From an uncultured virus (IMG/VR IMGVR_UViG_3300048861_000257) (lineage: Duplodnaviria > Heunggongvirae > Uroviricota > Caudoviricetes > Herelleviridae): a stretch of 64,000 bases of DNA. Shown here piece by piece: positions 40,101-49,206 of this stretch (its first letter is position 1; each line of letters starts with the position of its first letter). The notes under the pieces were generated by a model that had not been told where the DNA came from, searched no databases, and saw only the letters and a list, made by a program, of their open reading frames with translations. The position numbers and the translations under genes are program-made. The DNA is taken from IMG/VR virus record IMGVR_UViG_3300048861_000257. One strand, written 5' to 3'.

Positions 40101-41183
40101 ACCCTTCAGAAGATGTCGGGCACGCGGCACCGCGCGTACCGCGACTCGAAGACGGTCACCAAGGACACCGAGCGCCTCATCAAGGGGCTCAACGTCGAGG
40201 GCAAGGTGTCGTACACGATGACGGCGAAGGAGGAGCCGGTCATCTCGTACAACGACCTGGCCTTCATCTCCGAGCGCAACAGCATCGTGTTCCGCGCCGG
40301 TGACGCCGTCGTCTGGAACCGCAACGAGACGATCCTCCCGATGTCCTGGCGCCTGTTCAAAGACACGATCGTCCACCCCGGGCACAAGTACACGCTGCAG
40401 ACCATTCCCACGCTGAGCTCCGCACTCGACTTCGACGTGCGACTGAACCAGCCGGACTTCGAGAAGATGCTCGCTAAGCGCATGCTGCAGGCTGAAAACG
40501 CGGTGGACTGCAAGACCGTCTACCAGGCCGCATTCGACTACAGCGACGTGGACATCACCCGCCTCGACCCCGACGTGTACAGCGACGAGGTCATGGAGCT
40601 GGTCGACGTGTCGCTGCGCGAGAGCGTGTCGGGGGAGACCGGACTGGACCCGGACGAGGTCGACCTCGACGACGCGCCGGAGGGCTTCTACGACAACGGC
40701 GACTGGGAGGCCGACATCGAGATGCAGCAGGCGGTGCGGGACGCCCAGGCCACCGCGGCCGCTCGCCAGGCACCGATCTACGCCGGGAACCAGATCAGCC
40801 GGGAGATGCTCGTGCGCGCCGACGGACGCGCACTGCAGAACCCGCTCGATCGCGAGATCGTCCAGGCGTACAAGGCAGCCAGAGCGTACATGGAACGTGA
40901 CAGCGCACACTTCACCGTGGGCGCGGGCGGCTCGCTGCGCTCCGCGGACGGCCAGACCCTCTACATCGACCGACTCGACGAGTCCGCATCCATGAAGGAG
41001 CTGAACGAGGCGGCCAAGGCTGCCTCGTCGCGTGTCTACGCCGAAGAGGACCTCGATGATCTCACCGGGTACGAGGTCACGGGCGAGTTCTACGAGTTCC
41101 TGGCCTCGCTCGACAGCTGGCAGGGGATCGCCGGCGGCGAGTTCGAGCGGGCCATGATGCTCGCGATGCGCGATCCGGAGTAG
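37182..41183 (+). CDS. virD4: Type IV coupling protein (VirD4/TraG-like)
   Basis: Two N-terminal TMs; Walker A AITRAGKGQT; VINDPKGEL, YNPL; Walker B FMFDELGN; LILQTLQQLRAVYG; IVQGNT. Confidence 0.85.
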   Translation: MGSPVPKTETNPKATNWEKLSNRRADQTLQNRDVYESQQLDRSRIDPRRTKTSRSIASAVIGVLVTLLVWVLLSFAGAVVAMFNPHTGPLESQGEFYKVAQVNGSSVFHCFQILDESGHAAPGLPCYKTEREAQDNPPTWWVEKQTASNTDTKGKPLVRAASTGIVGQLLNFELWKLIASALTGLIVFAIVHQVMMRNLDAQNLMNDTTDINQYEGDQHVALPEEVMRKFDWFPDAGAHSSVQFSSMISHVMLTNKGLKKIEISVRAEKDIEDEDGDVEYLKGEIIRDDNEQAITRTVPLIDEDFGDALFDASGMPKEKRLRKKYDTTVIPYNADGSDRGKLGTHKSVADLINSDWELPEYEVQRPGGAYLVDTAPVNTMVLAITRAGKGQTYIEPVIDMWLREKRPSNMVINDPKGELLVKNYVPATMRGYQAVQFNLINAMKTDIYNPLGMAADAAREGDAPKCALYVENIADVFFPLDGGEDPVWPNAANNAFKRAAYGLIDYYLEEERELRAFAARTNMDAKVLETRLDEMWGKVTLYNCYQLFVQLTAKKMKNPLKALEARAKRGEFGDPQGDDFDDDAYEAEREVAMRKAFLWEDKDELDMLTLYFNATGGLPQNSMRTLVSNADNALRAMGAAEKMLASVYGIAITAMSFFTDPTISTLTSGTPSQNTDLGGLSFPRRMGVRFGMNFLKRDHLIGSQVKWDAYADTGFEKPLGADFEHEDIVSREGWARYYFKGKFAGDVAYLRLRLLNAQTGMLIRTFHFRFTKDYQTSLNGRYFITDPVLGEKIVKNGILIELRRNEQTGVFEPGHTTYPQMRLTNINFGIPDKELGQAEAIVSTMVRYSEKPKAVFLVTPPHLMKYAKLILILVKQLVDLNFDKSYMTKSDQKPLYRTRFMFDELGNLQSEGHGIAGFETMLSIGLGQEQQFTLILQTLQQLRAVYGEDVDKIVQGNTSNIIFLKSTDDAMIDTLQKMSGTRHRAYRDSKTVTKDTERLIKGLNVEGKVSYTMTAKEEPVISYNDLAFISERNSIVFRAGDAVVWNRNETILPMSWRLFKDTIVHPGHKYTLQTIPTLSSALDFDVRLNQPDFEKMLAKRMLQAENAVDCKTVYQAAFDYSDVDITRLDPDVYSDEVMELVDVSLRESVSGETGLDPDEVDLDDAPEGFYDNGDWEADIEMQQAVRDAQATAAARQAPIYAGNQISREMLVRADGRALQNPLDREIVQAYKAARAYMERDSAHFTVGAGGSLRSADGQTLYIDRLDESASMKELNEAAKAASSRVYAEEDLDDLTGYEVTGEFYEFLASLDSWQGIAGGEFERAMMLAMRDPE

Positions 41184-41194
41184 CCTTAAAACAC

Positions 41195-41206
41195 CTCGTT
41201 TATGAG
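41195..41206. promoter_or_regulatory. Palindromic box, copy 12
   Basis: CTCGTTTATGAG, upstream of the RNAP gene. Confidence 0.72.
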
Positions 41207-41295
41207 GAAATCCGTTCAAATTTACACTAGGATTGTGGGTGAGATCAGCATCACCGAGGCCGGTTGAACCGGCCTTCCAAGAGGGGAAAGAACCC

Positions 41296-44200
41296 ATGGA
41301 TCCACGCAGTCCCGGTATGCGCCGCTATCTGTACGAGCACCTCTTCCAGCAGACGATCGAGCGGACGCAGGACGCGACCGGGAAGACCATCCTGGTCTCC
41401 GCGGCGCGTGACCTGCGCTCGAAGGTAGAGCAGAAGCTCACCGGCGAGGGCCTCTCAATGGCCGACGCGAATCTGTCGATTTCGCCGGTGCTGCGGGCGA
41501 TCGAGAGCACGATGCAGGAGAACGTCCCGGGCTACCCGGGCATCTTCGGCGACGCGACTCCCGAGTCGCCGGCGTACCAGCAGATGAAGGATGCGTTCTT
41601 CGACATGGCCGGCTTCTCTCGCAAGGGCGCTGACGGCACCATCGTGCAGCCGTCGACCGGTCAGGCGGGTCCCCGCCTTCCGCTCTCGCCCTACGACCCG
41701 CGCTGGGCCGTACGCAGCACGGTGAAGCAGGCCGGCTCCGGTGTGCGCTACGTGCTGGCCAACGAGGTGGAAGAGTACGCGGGTGGCAACGCCTCCCGGA
41801 TCAGTGAGCTGCGCACCGAGAATCTCCGGCTCTACACCCTGGACGAGAAGGGGCAGGCTGTCGAGGCTGGGGCGGCGTACAGCGACGACGACGCCAGCGG
41901 GATGACCGAGCTGATGAGCCGGATGAGTGAGCCGGAGTACCGCAACGTCCGCGACTGGGTGATCAACGGGGCCCGCGGCCAGGACGAACGACTGAACCCG
42001 GACCGGTTCATGACTCCCGAGGCTCTCGAGCGCGCCGCCGCCATCCTCGACGAGCTGCGCAGCCAGGGTGTCGGCTACAAAGTCCGTCGCGACCGCAACC
42101 CGGGCCAGATCCGCGCTGAGATCGAGGGCACCAAGATCTCCGTGCGACTGACCGAGCTGCGCGAGAACGAGCACTTCGTAGGCCGGGTCTACGACGACGG
42201 CGTCTCCACCTACTACTCGACCAACGTCAAGGCGGACGGGTCGCAGAAGACGCTGCCGTACACGCCGACCGCAGCAGAGGCGGTCGCTCTCCTGCGCATC
42301 GCCCAGGGCAAGCCGGTGGAGCGCGCCGACGGCAAGGGCCTGATCGGCGAGCTTGGCACGCACACCGAGACCGAGTGGAACGCCCGCGCGGGCCGTCGTA
42401 TCCCCGTGGACGTTCAGGACTCGTACTACACCAAGAACGACCGCGCTTCGATGGCGGTGGTCGGAGACCTGGTGATCAACGGCCGCATCCCCGAGCCCGG
42501 CGCCAAGGTCCTCGTGCGCCGTTCGGCCAAGGCACGCACCGCGACCGCGCAGTTCTTCCTGGACGCCGAGCGCGGTGAGGCATACCTGCGCGAGGCGATC
42601 GAAAGCGCCCGCGAGAACCTCGGGGCAGCACTCGACGTCGACCGGCTGGTCGCCGACTACCGCGACCACTCCGACGAGGCCTCCGCGGGGGAGTGGTTCC
42701 CCGAGTTCAGCGGAGACGCAGAGGTCGCGGCAATCCAGCGGTCCTACTGGGATGTCCTCCGCGGCACGCAGACCACCCTGCTTCGCTCCGGTGCGACCGA
42801 GGAGGAGTATCAGGCCAAGGTCGGTGTCATCGGAGAGCTTCAGGTCGACACCGACGAGGCCCGCAATGTGCATGACATGCTCGTCAGCGACCTGGCCTAT
42901 GTCGGATCGGCCGAGCAGAAGGTGCGTGACCACGCCGCCGACGTCGTCGACGAGCTGGTCGGCACGTACGAGCCTCACGACCAGCTGCTGCTGGACGGCG
43001 AGCTGGTGCAGCGCCGGTTCGACCCGGTCCGCGTCGCCAAGCACATGACCAGCGAGTTCGGCACATGGCGGAACAACGCCGACATCGTGGCCGCCCTCCG
43101 CGCCACCGGCATCAACGGTGACGATCTCATGGGATCGAGCTTTTACGCCACCGCCGTGAAGGACCGCCTCGTGCAGTTCGATCCGGAGACCGCCGTCGAG
43201 CCCAACATGCACCCGGACCCGTTCGTCAGCGAGATGGGAAGCGCCATCGGCTATGCCATCGAGCGGAACGGCGGCCGGGTCACTCGGCTCGAGATCGACG
43301 ACCAGGGCATCGCGTCCTGGGAGGCCGAGCGGTTCAGCCGCACCGGCGAAGTCGAGACCGTCCGCGGCCAGGTCGGCCAGATCTTCGGACGCGGCGAGCA
43401 CGGAGAGGTCGTCACCAGGTACGCCGGCGGCCAGAACTACCTGTTCGTCCCCGGCTACGAGGCTCGCATCTCGTCTCAGCGCGCCGGCGAAGACCTAAGC
43501 GTGGAGGAGCGGACCCTGCTGCGCGGGTACGAGCAGATCATGCGCGACCAGATCGAGTACCAGGTCGCCAACGACATGCTCGTCATGCGCACCGAGGTCG
43601 GCGAGCCGACGTCCCTGAACGGCGTCTACCGCCGCCTGTACGACGTGCGGCACGAGGTCGACTTCATCGAGCGCGCGTCGGAGGAGGGCCTCGGCAGTGA
43701 GTGGGTGAACGCGATCCTCGCGACGGAGGCTCGTCGCGTGCGCTACCCGAGCGAGATCGCCTCCGGCTCCACCGTGCACGCCGCATGGCGGGCGGAGAAC
43801 TCGACGCAAGCGGTGGACCCCGCCAACGACAACCGCTTCGACCCGTGGATCCTCACCGGCGGCCGCAACATGGCGATCATGACCGAAGAGGGCGACGGCT
43901 TCTTCGACCCGGTGATGACCAACGGCGCGGTCTACCAGGGCATCACCCGGTACCTCGTGGAAGGCGCCCAGGTCGACCCGGCCACCGGCAAGATCGTCCC
44001 GAGCGCGGACCCCGCCGATCGGACGCCGCTGATGAAGCTGCCCGAGACCGAGATGATGCGCTTCGACCCGTACGACCGGCAGCAGATGTCCGCGTCGAAC
44101 CTGCTGAACGCGGCCGCGGTCACCGAACCGGTCGGCGTGGCGATGATGACCTTTGGCGGCTGGACGGCCGACGACCCGATGGTGGTCAGCAAGGAGTTCG

Positions 44201-46869
44201 CGGAGAAGCACGCCATCCGCGGTGCCGACGGCCAGGCCCGCCCGCTGGTCCCCGGTGACAAGCTCAGCGACATGCACGGTAACAAGGGCGTCATCTCCCT
44301 CGTCATCGACCGGGACCAGGACCTCGCCGAGACGGTCGAGGACCGGAACCTGTTCCGCGCTCTGGACATCTTCAAGGAGAACCCCGAGTTGGACGTCGTG
44401 ATGAGTCCGTTCTCCGCGGTGTCGCGCTTCAACGGCGGCACGGCGCGCGAGCTCATGCAGGAACCCAGCAGCCTGTACATCCCCGAACGCGGATTCACGG
44501 AGAACGCGCTCGGCAAGATGCGGCTCATCGTCACCCACAAGGACGTCGAGCGCGGCACCCGGGTGTACGACGACCAGGCGCTCCTCGAGGGCCGCGGCCG
44601 GAAGGCATCGAGCCAGTTGGCTTGGGCACTCGGTTCTCAGGGCGCAGACAAGGTGATGGCCGAGTTCTACGGGCCGAACAACTCCGCCGTGGCGAACTTC
44701 CGCGAGATGCTGGTGACGATGGGCCTCGACCTCGAGCCTGACGGCACCCTGCGAGTCGGCTACGACGACCTGGCCGAGGGCGCCGAGCGCCGGCTGTTCC
44801 CGATGCCCGAGCTCGCGCTCACGGCGAGGGGAACGCTGAACGCCGGGAAGATGAAGGCCGAGTTCGGTCAGCTCATCGGTGACCGCGGCGGTGACCTCGA
44901 GCTGCCCTTCCCGCTGCGGTTCCCGACCGGTGAGCGCATCCCGACGGCGAGCGACTCGACGTGGAAGCTGCCGATCATGAGCTCGCACCTGCGAAGCGGC
45001 CAGGACCTCGACGACGGACAGAGCACCGCTCACGACTACACGAACCAGTACCTGGCCGTGTACGAGATGGCGAGCCGGTACCGCTTCGCCAAGGACGAGA
45101 TCGCCCGCAACGGCGAGGTGCTCAGCCCGAAGCGCCGGAACGACCTGGAGGCGATCATCGCCGAAGCGCCGCGGCGTGCCCAGGCTGCATTCGACACGAT
45201 CACCGACGACCTGAAGCAGAAGCGCTTCTCCGGTAAGCGGAATGTCTTCAAGGAGGGGCTGATGTCCTCGCGGCTGCCGAACTCGGCAACCGCCGTGTGG
45301 ACCTCGGACCCGCGCCTGGACATCGACCAGGTCGCGGTCGGCCCGGCGATGGCTGAGGCGCTCGGGCTCGAGGACGACGACTACGCACTGATCTGGCGCG
45401 ACCCCGTGCTCCGCGACGGTGGCGTGCGCTACCTCCGAGTGAAAGTCGACGAGCGCCTGACCGGCGTTGCGATCAGCCCGGTGATGGACAAGTCCTTCGA
45501 CGGCGACTTCGACGGTGACTCGGTCGCCGTCGTCCGGCTGACCAGCGAAGCGGCACGTCATCAGGCGCTGCAGAAGCTCACTGTCGAGGCGAACCTCCTG
45601 GACCTGGGCCAGTTCGGCGACGACGCGCTGCACCCGCTCATGATGCAGGACTCGTTGGACGTGAAGGTTTCCCAGCACGTCGACCCGCGACGAGCCGAGA
45701 CGTTCGCGGCGCTGAAGATGCGGGCCAACGAGATCCAGAGTGACCTCGAGGACGGTGCAACGACGGACGCCGAGGCGTGGGAGGAACGGCACGAGCTTGT
45801 CGGGCAGCTCTCGGACTACTACCGAGAGGTGATGGAGTCGCAGTTCGGCGACGCGTTGCTCCGATTCGGCGACGCCGGCGACCACGTCAAGAGCGTGATC
45901 GAGGCTTGCATCGACACCGGCGCCAAGGGCTCGATGTCCAAGATTGGTGACTACTGCCGCCACCTCGGTGTCGACCCCGTCACGATGGCGGACCTGGGCG
46001 ACACCCAGCACACCCGGGTGGAGGACGAGGGCGTCATGATGGCCACGGCCGTCAAGTCGCACGGCACCGGCATCGCCGGCGCGTTCTCCCAGCGCGGCGT
46101 CAAGGCGCTGCGCAACGCGGAGCTGAAGGCGGTGCTGGAGCTGACCTACCCGGTCACCCAGTCCGTGCTGCAGTCCAAGCACGACCCCGAGGAGGCGCGC
46201 CAGAAGTACAACATGCTGATGGGCCCGGCTAGGGCGCTGTGGAAGGGCCGCAAGCTGGAGGTGCTCCCCAACGAGGACGGCACTCGCGAGTGGGCCGTCG
46301 TGCGCGATGACAACGGCAAGGAGGTGCAGGCCGACGTCGAGACCTGGAAGTCGCAGTTCGTCGAGCTCTACACCGCCAAGGACGGGCTCAACGTATCGGT
46401 GAACACCGCCAACGTGGAGAAGGTGGCCACGGCCCTCACCGGCCCGGACGGCCGTATCGTTGACATCGAAGACCTCGAGAACGACGCTCTCCCGGGCGCC
46501 GGTTCCACCATGGACCGGTTGGCCTACGGCGGCACGTTCGAGCATGTTCTCGCTGCGGCTGCCGCTCGCGAGAACATCTTCGACGGCTCCGAGAACGGGC
46601 ACTTCGCTCCCTACCAGGTCCGTAGCAACCAGCGGGCGATCGCCGAGTGGGAGAGGGCCACCGAGGAGGGCCTGGAGGTCGAGGCACCGGAGGTGAAGGT
46701 ACTCGTGAACCGCGACGTCCTCGCCGACCACGACGCGCGCGCCCGTGCACGAGGCGAGGGTCGAACCTCCTCGGTGGCGACGACCGTTCGTGCGCCGCGG
46801 CCACGTCCGGTGTTCGGCATGGCGGAAGCCGAGCAGGCAGCCGAGGGGGTCGAGGAGTACCAGCTGTAA
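41296..46869 (+). CDS. Single-polypeptide two-barrel (beta/beta'-like) DNA-dependent RNA polymerase
   Basis: Beta-like: GWTADDPMVVS, PGDKLSDMHGNKGVIS, DVVMSPFSAVSRFN. Beta'-like: GKRNVFKEGLMSSRLPNSATAV, IWRDPVL, DGDFDGD, TGAKGS, bridge helix ATAVKSHGTG..SQRGVKAL, trigger loop YPVTQSVLQSKH. RBS GAGGGGAAAG before ATG 41296. Confidence 0.88.
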   Translation: MDPRSPGMRRYLYEHLFQQTIERTQDATGKTILVSAARDLRSKVEQKLTGEGLSMADANLSISPVLRAIESTMQENVPGYPGIFGDATPESPAYQQMKDAFFDMAGFSRKGADGTIVQPSTGQAGPRLPLSPYDPRWAVRSTVKQAGSGVRYVLANEVEEYAGGNASRISELRTENLRLYTLDEKGQAVEAGAAYSDDDASGMTELMSRMSEPEYRNVRDWVINGARGQDERLNPDRFMTPEALERAAAILDELRSQGVGYKVRRDRNPGQIRAEIEGTKISVRLTELRENEHFVGRVYDDGVSTYYSTNVKADGSQKTLPYTPTAAEAVALLRIAQGKPVERADGKGLIGELGTHTETEWNARAGRRIPVDVQDSYYTKNDRASMAVVGDLVINGRIPEPGAKVLVRRSAKARTATAQFFLDAERGEAYLREAIESARENLGAALDVDRLVADYRDHSDEASAGEWFPEFSGDAEVAAIQRSYWDVLRGTQTTLLRSGATEEEYQAKVGVIGELQVDTDEARNVHDMLVSDLAYVGSAEQKVRDHAADVVDELVGTYEPHDQLLLDGELVQRRFDPVRVAKHMTSEFGTWRNNADIVAALRATGINGDDLMGSSFYATAVKDRLVQFDPETAVEPNMHPDPFVSEMGSAIGYAIERNGGRVTRLEIDDQGIASWEAERFSRTGEVETVRGQVGQIFGRGEHGEVVTRYAGGQNYLFVPGYEARISSQRAGEDLSVEERTLLRGYEQIMRDQIEYQVANDMLVMRTEVGEPTSLNGVYRRLYDVRHEVDFIERASEEGLGSEWVNAILATEARRVRYPSEIASGSTVHAAWRAENSTQAVDPANDNRFDPWILTGGRNMAIMTEEGDGFFDPVMTNGAVYQGITRYLVEGAQVDPATGKIVPSADPADRTPLMKLPETEMMRFDPYDRQQMSASNLLNAAAVTEPVGVAMMTFGGWTADDPMVVSKEFAEKHAIRGADGQARPLVPGDKLSDMHGNKGVISLVIDRDQDLAETVEDRNLFRALDIFKENPELDVVMSPFSAVSRFNGGTARELMQEPSSLYIPERGFTENALGKMRLIVTHKDVERGTRVYDDQALLEGRGRKASSQLAWALGSQGADKVMAEFYGPNNSAVANFREMLVTMGLDLEPDGTLRVGYDDLAEGAERRLFPMPELALTARGTLNAGKMKAEFGQLIGDRGGDLELPFPLRFPTGERIPTASDSTWKLPIMSSHLRSGQDLDDGQSTAHDYTNQYLAVYEMASRYRFAKDEIARNGEVLSPKRRNDLEAIIAEAPRRAQAAFDTITDDLKQKRFSGKRNVFKEGLMSSRLPNSATAVWTSDPRLDIDQVAVGPAMAEALGLEDDDYALIWRDPVLRDGGVRYLRVKVDERLTGVAISPVMDKSFDGDFDGDSVAVVRLTSEAARHQALQKLTVEANLLDLGQFGDDALHPLMMQDSLDVKVSQHVDPRRAETFAALKMRANEIQSDLEDGATTDAEAWEERHELVGQLSDYYREVMESQFGDALLRFGDAGDHVKSVIEACIDTGAKGSMSKIGDYCRHLGVDPVTMADLGDTQHTRVEDEGVMMATAVKSHGTGIAGAFSQRGVKALRNAELKAVLELTYPVTQSVLQSKHDPEEARQKYNMLMGPARALWKGRKLEVLPNEDGTREWAVVRDDNGKEVQADVETWKSQFVELYTAKDGLNVSVNTANVEKVATALTGPDGRIVDIEDLENDALPGAGSTMDRLAYGGTFEHVLAAAAARENIFDGSENGHFAPYQVRSNQRAIAEWERATEEGLEVEAPEVKVLVNRDVLADHDARARARGEGRTSSVATTVRAPRPRPVFGMAEAEQAAEGVEEYQL

Positions 46870-46881
46870 CAACGGCACAGA

Positions 46882-46915
46882 AGGAAGCCCCGTACCGAAT
46901 GGTGCGGGGCTTCCT
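46882..46915 (+). terminator. Intrinsic terminator after the RNAP gene
   Basis: AGGAAGCCCCGTACC-GAAT-GGTGCGGGGCTTCCT. Confidence 0.65.
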
Positions 46916-46928
46916 CCTGTTGAATTGC

Positions 46929-46940
46929 CTCATTTACGAG
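46929..46940. promoter_or_regulatory. Palindromic box, copy 13
   Basis: CTCATTTACGAG, upstream of the 47024 gene. Confidence 0.72.
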
Positions 46941-47023
46941 CAAACACGATAAGATCGGCTCATCTACAAGCGAGATGGTTCCGGCATCGGAATCCCGCTC
47001 CGCACGACGCAGAGGACCGTGAC

Positions 47024-49183
47024 ATGGCAGCCCAGAACAAGCGCAAGCTCGGCATCCCGATCTACGACGCCCGCGTGGTGCCCGAAGGTACGGTGCTCGA
47101 TGACGAGGGGGTGCTCGAAGCCGAGGTGATTGGCGACGGCCCCACGTTGGGGGAGCGGGTCCGTTCTCGCGTTTCTGCCGGGGCCGAAGCTGCTGCGGAG
47201 ACCGCTCGCAACATCCGGGCGAACGGCGCCCGCGACGCCCTGTTCACCGAGCGATTCGATGAGGCCCGCACGGCCGCCGGCGACGCCGACCCGCGCATCC
47301 AAGAACGGCAGCAGGGTCGTGCCCGTCGTCGCGATCAGGAGCGTGTCCGGCGCGAGCAGACCGCAGACGTCAAGCGGGACCGTGCCGAACGCTCGAAGCT
47401 TGCTCAGGACGCGAAGACTGACCCGCTTGCCAAGCTGAAGCTCGACACGATCCGCGCGGGAGAGAGCTACATGGACAGCCTCCGCCGATCGCAGATCCTG
47501 GCTGCCGGCCAGACCAAGGCCACGCAGCGCAAACAGCTCAGCGACATGCACCAGGTGTACGCGTCGATGATGGTGCTGCAGTGCGTCGAGCCGCTGCGCC
47601 AGGGGCTTCGCGGACACAACATCGTCAACGCGCTCGGCATGGGTGCCTCGATGTGGCTGCTCTCGCCGAACTTCCGTGTGCAGGTGCAGAACTTCGTCGG
47701 CCAGGTGGGCGACGCGATCCGGGAAAAGATCGACGGTCGCGGTGACAAGAAGGACGCGAAGGCCCAGAGCCGCTTCGAGAAGCTGGCCAGCCGCGGCAAG
47801 GGTGACCAGCTCGCCGCCCGTTGGCGGAAGCGGCTGGACCGGATCGAGAACGCCGAGCGCGGCCACCGCCTGCCGTTCACCGCACAGAGCGCGGCGATGA
47901 CCGAGGTCGCGCTTGCCGAGGCCGCCTACGCTGACATGCGACGCCCCGGCGCTGACCGCCGCGCGGTGCAGGACCGCTACGAGTCTGCGCTGTCCGCCCT
48001 GTACGAGTACGTCGATGACGACGGGCTGGACCGCGACGAGGTCTCGCGCTCGATGCGTGTGATCGTGGGCCAGCGGTTGGAGGCAGACCCGTCGATCGCG
48101 AACGTCTTCAGCGAGTTGGGTCACGGGCGTTTCACCAAAAGCGAGCCGCGCGAGGTCTACATCAACGGCACCACCGACACCGCGACCGTGTGGACCGGTG
48201 ACTTCGTCGACTCCTACGAAGGGCGCACGATCTCCGCAGGCTCCTTCAGCCTGCGGCCACCCATGGGCGTGAACGAGCACCGGGTGCTCTCTGCGGAAAC
48301 ACTCGCGGCGGAGCTGACCAGCGCCCGCACCGTCGCAGAGATGAACGACGCTCTCTCGCAGTACGTCGTCGCCGCGTCGGTCGGCCAGTACCCGGCGGTG
48401 GTCGACGAGCTCGAGGACCGCGCCGCACAGCGCCGGTTTGGCAAGGTGCACACGATGTTCGCGTCGATGCAGGCTGACGGACTCAGCGCCGAAGAGCAGC
48501 ACTTCGCCTACAGCGCCGCGTACGTGGACGCCGTCGAGGTCGCTCAGCGTCTGAAGCCGGAGCTCAGCGCCGCGTGGGTCGCCCAGTACGGCGAGAACTG
48601 GCGGGAGAAGGTCGCCGAGGACATCGCTCGCTACAACGCCATGGGCGCGGCCGCGGAGCGCGAGAGGCGCGGCCCGACCGATGGTGGCCACTTCCCGTCG
48701 TCGGGCACCCACCCGCACGGACAGGCTCGCGATGAAGAGGCATACTCCACTGAGGACATCGTCGACGCCGAGGTCGTCGACGACTTGGATGCGCACCAGA
48801 TGCCGAGTCGAGGCGACCGTTCGCGGCCCACCCCGCCTCGGCCAGGTACAGCTCGTCGCTCGCGGGCGCTGGAAGACCTCGTCTATGAGGGAGACGTGCT
48901 GCCCGACACGACGCGCGGGGCGGACGCCGAGATCATTAACGGTGAACTCGTAGAAACGGCCGAGCTCGGCGCAGCACCCAACCGCGCAGCCATCCTCGCC
49001 GGGGCGGCGAGCACGGTGGAAGGGCTCGACGAGGACGAGCACGCCGACCGGTCGACCGCCGCCGGACGCATCCGCCGCGCCCGCGTGAACCAGCACTACA
49101 ACGAAGTGGACACCGGCGGCATCACCGGCATCGGTCGGGACGACGCCGAGCCACTGCAGGACGTGGATTTCCAGCTGGGTTGA
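47024..49183 (+). CDS. Large helical hypothetical protein downstream of the RNAP
   Basis: RBS AGAGGA before ATG 47024; ~719 aa; no motif recognised. Confidence 0.75.
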   Translation: MAAQNKRKLGIPIYDARVVPEGTVLDDEGVLEAEVIGDGPTLGERVRSRVSAGAEAAAETARNIRANGARDALFTERFDEARTAAGDADPRIQERQQGRARRRDQERVRREQTADVKRDRAERSKLAQDAKTDPLAKLKLDTIRAGESYMDSLRRSQILAAGQTKATQRKQLSDMHQVYASMMVLQCVEPLRQGLRGHNIVNALGMGASMWLLSPNFRVQVQNFVGQVGDAIREKIDGRGDKKDAKAQSRFEKLASRGKGDQLAARWRKRLDRIENAERGHRLPFTAQSAAMTEVALAEAAYADMRRPGADRRAVQDRYESALSALYEYVDDDGLDRDEVSRSMRVIVGQRLEADPSIANVFSELGHGRFTKSEPREVYINGTTDTATVWTGDFVDSYEGRTISAGSFSLRPPMGVNEHRVLSAETLAAELTSARTVAEMNDALSQYVVAASVGQYPAVVDELEDRAAQRRFGKVHTMFASMQADGLSAEEQHFAYSAAYVDAVEVAQRLKPELSAAWVAQYGENWREKVAEDIARYNAMGAAAERERRGPTDGGHFPSSGTHPHGQARDEEAYSTEDIVDAEVVDDLDAHQMPSRGDRSRPTPPRPGTARRSRALEDLVYEGDVLPDTTRGADAEIINGELVETAELGAAPNRAAILAGAASTVEGLDEDEHADRSTAAGRIRRARVNQHYNEVDTGGITGIGRDDAEPLQDVDFQLG

Positions 49184-49206
49184 TCCGGCAGTTCACGCTA
49201 GACTTA

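Noticed and set aside
41296..46869. Host rpoB/rpoC or a degraded copy of them
   Set aside because: It is one intact ORF far shorter than beta plus beta', keeps only core motifs (DGDFDGD rather than NADFDGD), has an unrelated N-terminus and has no ribosomal-protein gene context.
43495..46878. Very long antisense ORFs (e.g. 43495-46878, 34718-37246, 46964-49096, 15806-17887)
   Set aside because: Shadow frames of high-GC coding genes: no RBS or motifs, and they lie opposite well-supported genes.
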